DNA of 64,000 nucleotides from an uncultured Gammaproteobacteria bacterium (GTDB lineage Bacteria; Patescibacteriota; Patescibacteriia; Magasanikbacterales; UBA922): NCBI GenBank assembly GCA_964550845.1, contig CAZKAD010000001.1, positions 21,342 to 85,341 of the forward strand, read 5' to 3'. Shown piece by piece: positions 29,487 to 37,756 of this stretch (position 1 is its first letter; each line of letters starts with the position of its first letter). The notes under the pieces were generated by a model. It saw only the letters and a program-made list of their open reading frames with translations, ran no database searches and was not told where the DNA came from. The position numbers and the translations under genes were made by a program.

Positions 29487-30521
29487 ATGGGTGTTGACGG
29501 ATTGTTTGATTTTTTCCGGAAGAAATATCCAGATGTGTTTCGGACAGTTTATTTCCACCAATTTCGAGGAAAGAGTTTTGCCATCGATGTTTCGGGCTTA
29601 ATTTGGAAGTTCAAAGTGACAAATCCAAGTAATTGGCTAACAACATTTGCCAATTTTATTTTTGCACTTCGTCGAAATCAAATCCATCCGATCTTTGTTT
29701 TTGATGGTAAACCTCCGGCTGAAAAAGAAACTGAACGCGCTTCAAGAGAACAACAGAGAATTCAATTGAAAGAAAAAACAGCTCAACTTCGTGAAGATCT
29801 CGATAAATATTATGCTGAAGGTGAAGCTTCACAGCTCTTGCTTGAAAAATCCCTCGAACTCCGACCAAATACTCTTGCCAATGTTGTACATGCTCCATTG
29901 CTTGAACAAAAATATCACAAGATGAATGCTCAGATTAATAATTTCACTGATGAAGATAAACAAAAGTTACTGACATTATTTAATCTTTCTGGTGTAAGAG
30001 TACTTAAAGCTCCATCTGAAGCTGAGACTTTGTGTGCTTCTTTGTATCACGAAGGTAAAGTCGCAGCGGTTGTAAGCGGCGATTCTGATGTTTGTGTTTA
30101 TCAAGTCGGAACTTTTCTTTACGACATCAGCCATTTTTCCGAAACCGCCACCGAAGTTGATTTTCAAAGGATTCTTCGTCTAACTGGATTAACTGCCGCT
30201 CAATTTGTTGATTTTTGTATTATGTGCAAGGTTGATTACAATTCACGTATACCTGGCATAGGTCCTGTTAAAGCATTTGCTTTGGTTAAAGAACATGGAT
30301 CAATTGAAGCTATTGGAGCTCTTGGTACTTATGATATCACTGTGTTGAACCATATTAAAGCAAGAGAAATCTTCAATACTCGACAATCGGTAATGACTGA
30401 AGTAATCTGCGGTCCGCCGAATAAAATCGAACTGTACAATTTTCTTATTATGAACAATTCTCGAATTCAATATGAGGCAATTGAAGAGGCATACGCACCT
30501 CCAAAAATCGTATTTGAATGA
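29487..30521 (+). CDS. FEN1/XPG-family flap endonuclease
   Basis: N-domain MGVDGL...FVFDGKPP and I-domain EAETLCASL...VVSGDSDVCVY. Confidence 0.85.
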   Translation: MGVDGLFDFFRKKYPDVFRTVYFHQFRGKSFAIDVSGLIWKFKVTNPSNWLTTFANFIFALRRNQIHPIFVFDGKPPAEKETERASREQQRIQLKEKTAQLREDLDKYYAEGEASQLLLEKSLELRPNTLANVVHAPLLEQKYHKMNAQINNFTDEDKQKLLTLFNLSGVRVLKAPSEAETLCASLYHEGKVAAVVSGDSDVCVYQVGTFLYDISHFSETATEVDFQRILRLTGLTAAQFVDFCIMCKVDYNSRIPGIGPVKAFALVKEHGSIEAIGALGTYDITVLNHIKAREIFNTRQSVMTEVICGPPNKIELYNFLIMNNSRIQYEAIEEAYAPPKIVFE

Positions 30522-30600
30522 TTTGAATTTCTTCGGAAGTTCAAAAAATTGATTTTTACAATTAATCAAATTGACAGAAAACAATAACTCCTTTTTCGAG

Positions 30601-30608
30601 AAAATTGA
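30601..30608 (+). promoter_or_regulatory. AAAATTGA octamer (second copy at 30545-30552)
   Basis: 45 nt upstream of ATG 30650. Confidence 0.55.
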
Positions 30609-30649
30609 TTAATCTATCATCAATTAATTGTTAAAATCAACTCATTGCA

Positions 30650-31519
30650 ATGTCAGTCAATACTCCTCAACTCGGAATGCCTCAACTCGGAATGCCCGGA
30701 ATGCCTCAACTCGGAATGCCTCAACTCGGCGTTCCAGCTGGTCTCCCACAACAAATGCCCGCTCAAGTTCAAGGAGATTTCGCTGAAAGTCTGAGTAAGA
30801 CTTTGAGCAAGACGATTCTTGATCAAGCAACTGCACGTATTCGAGACCAGCTCACCTCTTTTGCAAACATTGTTTGCTCTTTTCCAGAGGCGACTGCAAA
30901 GGGAATCACAGCTCAGTACATCCTCGATTTGTGGAACTCAGTTGCTCCCGAATTGGCTATTTCTACGACCGCTCCAGTTCAAGCTGTGGCAGGAGTTACT
31001 TGTGCTGCAAAATTGCTCAAGGGAAAGAATGCCAATGAGACCTGTAAAAACAAGCCAACCGCCGGTTCTGCTTATTGCTCTCGGCATAAGAATCATGCTG
31101 TACCTCCAATGGTTGGCGCACCTCCTCAAGGTGTTCCTGGAGTTGTTCAAGGCGTTCCTGGAATGCCTCCTCAAGGAATGCCCGGAATGATGCCTCAAGG
31201 AATTGTTCAATTGAATGTTCCTGCCGCTCATGTCGCTCCTGTTGCTCCGCAAGCCGCGGCCCCTCAAACCTGTCAAGTAACTCTAAAGAGTGGTGCTCGC
31301 AAAGATCAACAATGTGGAGGAAAACTCGTTGCCGGAGGTACCACTTGTAGCAGACATGCTCCAAAGTCCGCGGCTCCAGTTGTACCTCAGCTTGGAATGC
31401 CTGCAGCGCAACCCATTGGAGTTCCAGCGGCTAATTTGCCTCAATATGGAATTCCTCAACCAATCGCAATGCCATCTGGAATTCCCATGCTGGCAATGCC
31501 TCCGCCCCCTCATCAATAA
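30650..31519 (+). CDS. GC-rich Pro/Met/Gly/Gln-rich repeat protein with two C-x13-C-x10-C-x2-H modules
   Basis: MPQLG x5 at the N-terminus. Duplicated C...C...CSRH module with identical spacing. About 50% GC. Confidence 0.6.
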   Translation: MSVNTPQLGMPQLGMPGMPQLGMPQLGVPAGLPQQMPAQVQGDFAESLSKTLSKTILDQATARIRDQLTSFANIVCSFPEATAKGITAQYILDLWNSVAPELAISTTAPVQAVAGVTCAAKLLKGKNANETCKNKPTAGSAYCSRHKNHAVPPMVGAPPQGVPGVVQGVPGMPPQGMPGMMPQGIVQLNVPAAHVAPVAPQAAAPQTCQVTLKSGARKDQQCGGKLVAGGTTCSRHAPKSAAPVVPQLGMPAAQPIGVPAANLPQYGIPQPIAMPSGIPMLAMPPPPHQ

Positions 31520-31572
31520 AGAATGATAACTTTTCGAAGTTTGATTAACTTTTCATTACGGATTATTTATGT

Positions 31573-31596
31573 TTTACATCTTTTGAAAGATGTAAA
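31573..31596. terminator. hairpin TTTACATCTTT-TG-AAAGATGTAAA
   Basis: Perfect 11-bp stem between convergent genes. Confidence 0.6.
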
Positions 31597-31628
31597 TAAT
31601 AAGTTTCTTACCTCTTATCTCTTAACTC

Positions 31629-32033
31629 TTAAAATTCAGGAATCGATTTCGGTTTGGACAATTCGGATGGCCAGATCCACAGGCCTGAATTTTCTTTGTC
31701 AACATAAGTATTCCATCCTTTTGTCTTCAATTCTTGTTCGGCTACTTTAACCAAACCAACAAATTCTTCGACACGAATATCTCTCTTCTTTCGAAAGTCG
31801 GCCAATGAAAATGGATCTTCGAATGGAAGCATAACCGAATTTGATAGTTCGATTGTCGACAGATTGATCGGTTTATCGGCAAATTTTTCCTCTTTGGTGG
31901 CTGTCTTCGCTTGACGAACCTTTAAGAAATGTTCATAAATCGCTTCTCGAAGATATTGTTGATTTCGATTCAAATCGGTTGTCGCGAAAGTTTTCCAATT
32001 CGCGGGAATAAATGTTGCTGGAAATTCTTTCAT
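31629..32033 (-). CDS. hypothetical protein (134 aa)
   Basis: ATG ORF ending near the shared hairpin. Confidence 0.45.
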   Translation of the reverse strand: MKEFPATFIPANWKTFATTDLNRNQQYLREAIYEHFLKVRQAKTATKEEKFADKPINLSTIELSNSVMLPFEDPFSLADFRKKRDIRVEEFVGLVKVAEQELKTKGWNTYVDKENSGLWIWPSELSKPKSIPEF

Positions 32034-32061
32034 TTTGTATGACGAAAGAGCGTTTAATTGA

Positions 32062-32165
32062 ATTACTTCGTCTTCCGAGAAACATTTTGGCGTTTCTCGG
32101 ATTACTTCGTCTTCCGAGAAACATTTTGGCGTTTCTCGGATTATATCGTCTTCCGAGAAACATTT
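32062..32165. repeat. 2.7 x 39-bp tandem repeat, each unit carrying the hairpin CCGAGAAAC-ATTTTGGC-GTTTCTCGG
   Basis: Perfect direct repeats between divergent starts. They generate the artefactual MFLGRR ORF. Confidence 0.85.
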
Positions 32166-32214
32166 AAAATGAAATAAACCTTGGCAGATCTTTGAAAAAG
32201 AAAGTTCTATTTTA

Positions 32215-32222
32215 AAAATTGA
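32215..32222 (+). promoter_or_regulatory. AAAATTGA octamer
   Basis: 36 nt upstream of ATG 32258. Confidence 0.5.
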
Positions 32223-32257
32223 ACTGAAAAGATTTCCAGCTTAGAAATATATGGCTC

Positions 32258-33235
32258 ATGAGTTCGAAGTTAACAAGGCAAGATCTGATTGAACGACTCA
32301 AAAATGTTGGTTATACTTCATTAAGCAGATTAAGAAAGGGAGAACTTGAACAGCTTTATCTGAAGATGCAAAAACAAGAGGAGAAGAAAGAAGAGAAAAA
32401 CGTGACGTTCCGAGAAACTGTAAGTATGAACATTATTACACAAAATATATCGACTCCCTCGAGTATATCAAATCATTCGACTTCCTCGAACATAACAACT
32501 CTTTCGGAACGTCCTTCGAATCCTTCAACACGCTTACCCACATCAGAACGTTTAACAACCAGACGAAATAAAAAGCCTGATCCAGTGTATTTTGAAGAAG
32601 AATTTGAGAAACTTCGAAATACAGAGATATCAAAATATACCAAAATTGTTCAGCTTGGGCAACCAGGAAAAGAAGGCACTACTTATTTAGTGATGGATCC
32701 AGTTCGTCCTGAAAAACGATATGCAATGAAATGTTTCCGGAGAACAAAATCAGAAAATCGCCTTGCCGAAGAGGCTCATTATCAATGGATTGTTTCAAAA
32801 GCTGGGTTAGCACCAAAAGTATATGAATTTAATCCGAGAGAAAAGTACATTTTAATGGAAGCTCTTGATCGAACACTCCTTAATATTCTTCATGAAAATC
32901 ATGGAAAATTTCCCGAATCACTTCAACAGAAAGTGATTGATTTGTACAAACAACTTGACGAAACTGGTGTAGCAGTCAATGATGGAAATCCAAGGAATAT
33001 TATGGAGAAAAATGGGAAACTTTATATGATTGATTATGGACTAGCTAAATTTTCGAATTCTTCTTCATTTCGCAAGTATCCAACACCAAATATGACGTTA
33101 CTTCCAAATGCCCTCTTTTTCTATATCAAAGAGAAGTTCGATACACGCGATTGGACATTACTTCGAAAATTGGTTCCAGCTGAAGCACTTCGAGAATACG
33201 ATCGATCATATTTACTCAAACATCAAAAGAGATAA
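32258..33235 (+). CDS. atypical protein-kinase-like protein with N-terminal SAP/HeH-like motif
   Basis: LTRQDLIERLKNVGYTSLSRLRKGELEQLY, then NDGNPRNIM (catalytic-loop-like) and IDYGLA (DFG-like). Confidence 0.55.
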   Translation: MSSKLTRQDLIERLKNVGYTSLSRLRKGELEQLYLKMQKQEEKKEEKNVTFRETVSMNIITQNISTPSSISNHSTSSNITTLSERPSNPSTRLPTSERLTTRRNKKPDPVYFEEEFEKLRNTEISKYTKIVQLGQPGKEGTTYLVMDPVRPEKRYAMKCFRRTKSENRLAEEAHYQWIVSKAGLAPKVYEFNPREKYILMEALDRTLLNILHENHGKFPESLQQKVIDLYKQLDETGVAVNDGNPRNIMEKNGKLYMIDYGLAKFSNSSSFRKYPTPNMTLLPNALFFYIKEKFDTRDWTLLRKLVPAEALREYDRSYLLKHQKR

Positions 33236-33309
33236 AATTGATATTCGATGTTTGAGTAAAACATCAAAAGAGATAAAAATTGATCTCCCATTTTATTCTA
33301 CAATTCAAA

Positions 33310-34415
33310 ATGAACTTCCTCATTACACACGGTCCTTGTCTTGATGGTGAAACTTGCGCTTTGTTTCTCAAACAATGGGCAGATGAGCAAAAAGAAACAT
33401 TGCAAACGGTATTTTGTTTCGCTGGGCAACTTTCAGTTGATTTGATTAAGAGGAAAATGCCTGAGAATACATGTCGAATCTTTATTTGCGATTTGACTGT
33501 GAATCAAGAAACACTCGAATATCTTAATAATCTGAACAAAGAAGTCTGGATCATCGATCATCATCGATCATCATCGATCATCATCAAAAACTTTCCAATG
33601 TTCCTGAAAAAATTACTTATCTTCATCGAGATCGTTGTGCGGCGTGGATTGTTTGGGAAAAATTTCGATCGAATTCTGAAGCAGTCACTCCAATTCTTCG
33701 GGGAGTTCAGCCTGAACTTCTTCAATATATCGACGAACAAGACCGAGGTCTTCATCACCGTCCTTATTTGAAAGAAATCATTTCTGCAGTTCATTTTGAG
33801 AAGAAGAGGATTGGACTTGAAAGAGTGTTTCAAGAATTTTCTGTCGATCGATATATTCAAATCGGAACGATTCTTGCTGAATATCGAAAAACCCAGGTCG
33901 ATGAGATGATTAAATATGGCTACAAACGAAAGTTTAATTGGAAGGGAAAAGAATATAACGTCTTGTTGATGAGTGGAGATCGAACTCTCCGAAGTGAGGG
34001 TCTCGAAGAATCAAAGGCTGACATTACCATGTTTTACACTTACGATGCAGCAACGAATGAATTTTGGGTTGCTTGTCGAAGTCAAGAACTTGATCTTTTG
34101 CCTATCATTTCAAATATCACCTGGTGTAGCGGGAATGAATTTCGAAAAGGTGGAGGGCATCCTAAAGCTTGCGGTTTTACCGTCAATCAAGCAACCACCT
34201 TCGAATTCATCACAATGATGGAAGGATCGGTGTCGCCTGCAAGTTATCATCAACCGAGTCAGACAGGATATAAAATTGAGCTACAGGGACTTGTCCCGCA
34301 AAAGTTTTGCTTTCCAATTTTCTTCCATAGTTGGATTAACGATTTGCTCAAAGCAATTGAGAAATTTGATCAAGTAATTTCTGAAGGGACTTCGAGGGTT
34401 GACGAAATTTATTAA
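33310..34415 (+). pseudogene. DHH/DHHA1-family phosphoesterase gene disrupted by a frameshift inside a 10-bp tandem triplication
   Basis: Frame 1 gives MNFLITHGPCLDGE...EVWIIDHH. Frame 0 downstream gives QKLSNVPEKITYLHRDRCAAW...GGGHPKACGF (DHHA1 GGGH). The shift occurs in (ATCATCGATC)x3 at about 33551-33580. One or four copies would restore the frame. Promoter AAAATTGA at 33276-33283. Confidence 0.7.
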
Positions 34416-34523
34416 ACGTCTCTTCGAGACTAGTTAAACATCGAGACGATTGGTTAAACGTTCCGGAGGAACTGATTAAACGTTCCGGAGGAACTGATTA
34501 AACATTCCGGAGGAACTGATTAA
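34412..34523. repeat. 5 x about 22-bp tandem repeat TTAAACGTTCCGGAGGAACTGA (and variants)
   Basis: The first unit supplies the TAA stop of the DHH gene. Units contain the GTTCC-gga-GGAAC mini-hairpin. Confidence 0.9.
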
Positions 34524-34567
34524 AAATCTTTTTTCTTTCCTCGAAAGGAAAGAAAAAATAATGAAAA

Positions 34568-34798
34568 TTATCCCGAGACATTCAAAATGACTCTCAATTG
34601 GTGCCATCGTCGAGAACACTCTTCTTGATCTTTGATATTTTCAAAAAGATAAGAGTCTCCATTGGCTACAGTTCGAATTGTAATTTGACATTCATTATTA
34701 GTGTCTTCTTTCGACACTTTGATAATCTTATGAGAATTTAAAAGCTGGCCGTCGAAAACGAAAAATTTATCACTCCAAATACTTGACTTATCCGACAT
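34568..34798 (-). CDS. small hypothetical protein (76 aa)
   Basis: ATG ORF next to hairpin 34531-34556. Confidence 0.3.
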   Translation of the reverse strand: MSDKSSIWSDKFFVFDGQLLNSHKIIKVSKEDTNNECQITIRTVANGDSYLFENIKDQEECSRRWHQLRVILNVSG

Positions 34799-34864
34799 TG
34801 ATAATTAGGATAATTATATTTTTCGTCTGGTAAGAAAATTCAATTTTCATACTCAATCGAGAGG

Positions 34865-35998
34865 TTAATTTACCCTCAATCCGTATCGAGCTGCAAAGAC
34901 GTTTTCCAACCGCTTCTCTTCTTTTACGGTCATAAATTGTCCATTTTGAAAATAAACCAACCAGAGAGAAGCTTCATTGTACGACAAAGTTTGAATCATT
35001 TGATCAGGAAAGAAATTAATGATTAATTCCTCTCTCAGTCGATAATCCTTGACCAATTTGTCGGCTAATGTCTTCAATGACGATCCGAGTGAAGAAGGAA
35101 AAGATGAGATTAGTCCGTCTTCTTTCAGGCAAGCATAATCAATCATTGCAATCTCTTGTGGAGCTGGTCCATCAAAACATAATGCCAAATCAAAGTCAAT
35201 GATTGCAAATCCAGATCCTGAACGAACCAAGTTTCGAATGTAGAGATCATTGTGAACAATACCAATATGATGAAGTTTTTCAACCAAGGCCACAATCTTC
35301 TTTTGCTCGGCAGATGAAAATTTTCGAGCATGATCAAACGGGGTACATTGGGCAAGAATCGCCAAACCATATTGAACCTGACCAACTTGACAAACTTGAT
35401 AAGCGAGTAATTTCGCTCCAACTCCTGCCTTCCCAGCTCGCTGGAGCATTGTCAGCTCCCATTTAAATGCATCAAATCCTCGTTCACGAAGATCGGTCAG
35501 TTTGAATACAACATTTTTACCTCCATAAACTCCCTTGAAGACAACTCCTCCAGATCCTCTTCCAATCTCATCACCTTGTCCAAAATCTGTAAGACATTTA
35601 TCCATTGATGAATACATCTTGACCTGAATTTTTTGTCCAATTTCTTGGTAATCTTCAAGAGGAGAAGTTAGCAAAGCTTCTTCAGCTTCGGTACATTCAT
35701 TAATTGAAATATTACCTCCGGTTATAAGTCGATGCAAGAGTTCTGCAACTACATCAGCTTTATTTCCTGCAATTGGAGGATTGGCTTGTTTAGCAAGTTC
35801 TTGAATCTTTTTCGCTGAAGCATGAATAATTTCGATTGCACTTGGAGTCTGCAAAGCCCGATTTCTCTTTAAGAGCCGTTCGCGAATTTCACTAATTGAA
35901 TCTGACGAATAAAACGAAACCGGATATGCCAACTTCATATTCAACTCGAGGAGAGCCTTTTTTGTCTCGGCTCGGCGGATTTTTGCTTCAAGATCCAT
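34865..35998 (-). CDS. serine/threonine protein kinase with N-terminal helical domain
   Basis: GRGSGGVVFKG, VVFKL, HNDLYIRNLV and DFDLA. Confidence 0.8.
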   Translation of the reverse strand: MDLEAKIRRAETKKALLELNMKLAYPVSFYSSDSISEIRERLLKRNRALQTPSAIEIIHASAKKIQELAKQANPPIAGNKADVVAELLHRLITGGNISINECTEAEEALLTSPLEDYQEIGQKIQVKMYSSMDKCLTDFGQGDEIGRGSGGVVFKGVYGGKNVVFKLTDLRERGFDAFKWELTMLQRAGKAGVGAKLLAYQVCQVGQVQYGLAILAQCTPFDHARKFSSAEQKKIVALVEKLHHIGIVHNDLYIRNLVRSGSGFAIIDFDLALCFDGPAPQEIAMIDYACLKEDGLISSFPSSLGSSLKTLADKLVKDYRLREELIINFFPDQMIQTLSYNEASLWLVYFQNGQFMTVKEEKRLENVFAARYGLRVN

Positions 35999-36038
35999 TC
36001 TTTTAAGATGAAAAAATTCCCGTAATCAAAAAAAGAAG

Positions 36039-36581
36039 ATGGATGTTCTTGAACTTTTGTCTGATTGGTGGAACGAAAAAGGTGGATATTTTGTGATTGG
36101 GTTTTTTATTTTGTTTATTTTTTGGAGATTACTTTTTCATCGGCGGAGTCTTCAAACTTCCTTTTCCGATTACCTCGACAAACAAACCGGGATCCAACGG
36201 AAATATCAACGGGGAAGTCAACCAGAAAGAGAGGCTCGAAGATTACTTGAAGAAATGTTTCAACGACCCTTTCCGTGTAGGAGACCAGACTTTTTGAAAA
36301 ATCCAGCCACTGGACGCAATCTTGAATGTGATATGTTAAATGATGAGCTGAAATTGTGTGTTGAATATCAAGGACGTCAACATGCCGTTCATACGCCTCA
36401 TTTTCATACCGCAGGACAATTTGAAGATCAGCAAGCACGAGATATTTTGAAGAAACGATTATTGAAGGAAAATGGATACAATTTAATTGAAATTCCTCAT
36501 ACGGTAAAAGGTAAGGATTTATATCCGTTCCTGAAGGTGAATTTAGCTCATTATCCTGAGTATTCGGGGTATTATACATAA
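36039..36581 (+). CDS. membrane-anchored PD-(D/E)xK nuclease-like protein (DUF559/Vsr-like domain)
   Basis: N-terminal TM helix. ECDMLNDELKLCVEYQGRQH...ARDILKKRLLKENGYNLIEI resembles DUF559 (FRVDFYCPELRLVIEVDGGQH...RD..L...G..VLR). Confidence 0.45.
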   Translation: MDVLELLSDWWNEKGGYFVIGFFILFIFWRLLFHRRSLQTSFSDYLDKQTGIQRKYQRGSQPEREARRLLEEMFQRPFPCRRPDFLKNPATGRNLECDMLNDELKLCVEYQGRQHAVHTPHFHTAGQFEDQQARDILKKRLLKENGYNLIEIPHTVKGKDLYPFLKVNLAHYPEYSGYYT

Positions 36582-36595
36582 GATGATAAGGATGC

Positions 36596-36603
36596 AAAAT
36601 TGA
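36596..36603 (+). promoter_or_regulatory. AAAATTGA octamer
   Basis: 58 nt upstream of ATG 36661. Confidence 0.55.
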
Positions 36604-36660
36604 AAATAATTTTGGCATTTACAAGCGAAACATGGAACGCAACTCATTTCGAAACTTGAA

Positions 36661-37644
36661 ATGACATATCGAAAAGCAATCATTTATCGACGTGTGTCGA
36701 CTGCAGCCCAGCTTAATGGAAATGCATTGTTGACACAACAATTGCAATGTGAAGAATGGATTCAAGCTAGATATCCCGAATTAGAAATCAAAACTCGAAC
36801 TGACGTCGGAAGTGGCTGGAATAAAAATAAACGAGAGCCATATCAATTGCTTGAGAAAATGCAGAATATAGTTGATTCATGCACGAAGACATTGATTGTC
36901 ATTTATTGTATCGATCGATTCCTTCGAGATGTTAAAACGGCAGAAGAAATCTTACCTAAACTCAAGGAGAATAAAAATCGAATCGTGTTTTTGCTTGAAA
37001 ATCTTGACTATCACAATTTTTCTGGCAAGGATGTCTACTTGAAAATTATTAGGGGAGTCGAATCTGCTCAAACAGAATCAGATGTTAAATCCAAACGCAT
37101 GAAAGATGCCTGGAAAACAAAATGTATGCTGGAAAACAGCCCTGAACTTGAAGATGAGGAATGGAAACTTGAATATGATTCAGAATCTGAATCTGATGAT
37201 GAAAACAAAAGTGCTTTGAATCGAAGGAAAATTGAACCTGTAAAAGTTCAAGAAACTAAACTCGTTCAAGCTCCTGCTTATCGTTTGGCTAATCGACCTC
37301 AAGCGTCGATTCAACCTCCTCAAGCGTCGATTCAACCTCCTCAAGCGTCGATTTATCAATGGCCTCCCCAATTATTGATTGACAATCACTTCGACGATCC
37401 TCTCTTTTCAAAGAAAGAGAAAATTAAAAGGTTAATTCAGACTTGTTCAGAAGGACGTTATACTATCAAATCATTGAATCAACATCTTCTTCAACTTTCT
37501 TCAGTCGCCTTTTCTCTTCAAGTCGAAGAAGTTCCAACCTCGTGGGATGGAATGGCAACTTTACTAAATCTTTTTGAGATCTGCTGGGTGCCAGAAATTC
37601 CGAAAGGAGAATGGACTGCCGAGAAAGCAAAGGCTTTTAATTAA
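36661..37644 (+). CDS. serine recombinase (resolvase/invertase-type catalytic domain) with about 175-aa C-terminal extension
   Basis: AIIYRRVSTAAQ...QLQ (catalytic Ser), DVGSGWNKNKREPYQLL, LIVIYCIDRFLRD, IVFLLENLD and GKDVYLKIIRGVESAQTESDVKSKRMKDAW all align with the Tn3/gamma-delta resolvase core. C-terminus has an acidic tract and 3 x QASIQPP. Confidence 0.8.
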   Translation: MTYRKAIIYRRVSTAAQLNGNALLTQQLQCEEWIQARYPELEIKTRTDVGSGWNKNKREPYQLLEKMQNIVDSCTKTLIVIYCIDRFLRDVKTAEEILPKLKENKNRIVFLLENLDYHNFSGKDVYLKIIRGVESAQTESDVKSKRMKDAWKTKCMLENSPELEDEEWKLEYDSESESDDENKSALNRRKIEPVKVQETKLVQAPAYRLANRPQASIQPPQASIQPPQASIYQWPPQLLIDNHFDDPLFSKKEKIKRLIQTCSEGRYTIKSLNQHLLQLSSVAFSLQVEEVPTSWDGMATLLNLFEICWVPEIPKGEWTAEKAKAFN

Positions 37645-37685
37645 AAGCCTTTTTATAATAACCCAAAAAACTTAAAAAAATAATT

Positions 37686-37709
37686 TTCTTGACTCTTCGG
37701 AGTCAAGAA
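37686..37709. terminator. hairpin TTCTTGACTC-TTCG-GAGTCAAGAA
   Basis: Perfect 10-bp stem followed by AAAATTGA at 37715-37722. Confidence 0.6.
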
Positions 37710-37756
37710 ATGTAAAATTGATTTATATTCACTCTCTGACTTGAGTAAAGATATCA

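Noticed and set aside
31933-32163. ORF encoding MFLGRR(Y/S)NPRNAK x3
   Set aside because: It is entirely generated by the 39-bp tandem hairpin repeat and overlaps the better-supported gene 31629..32033 in another frame.
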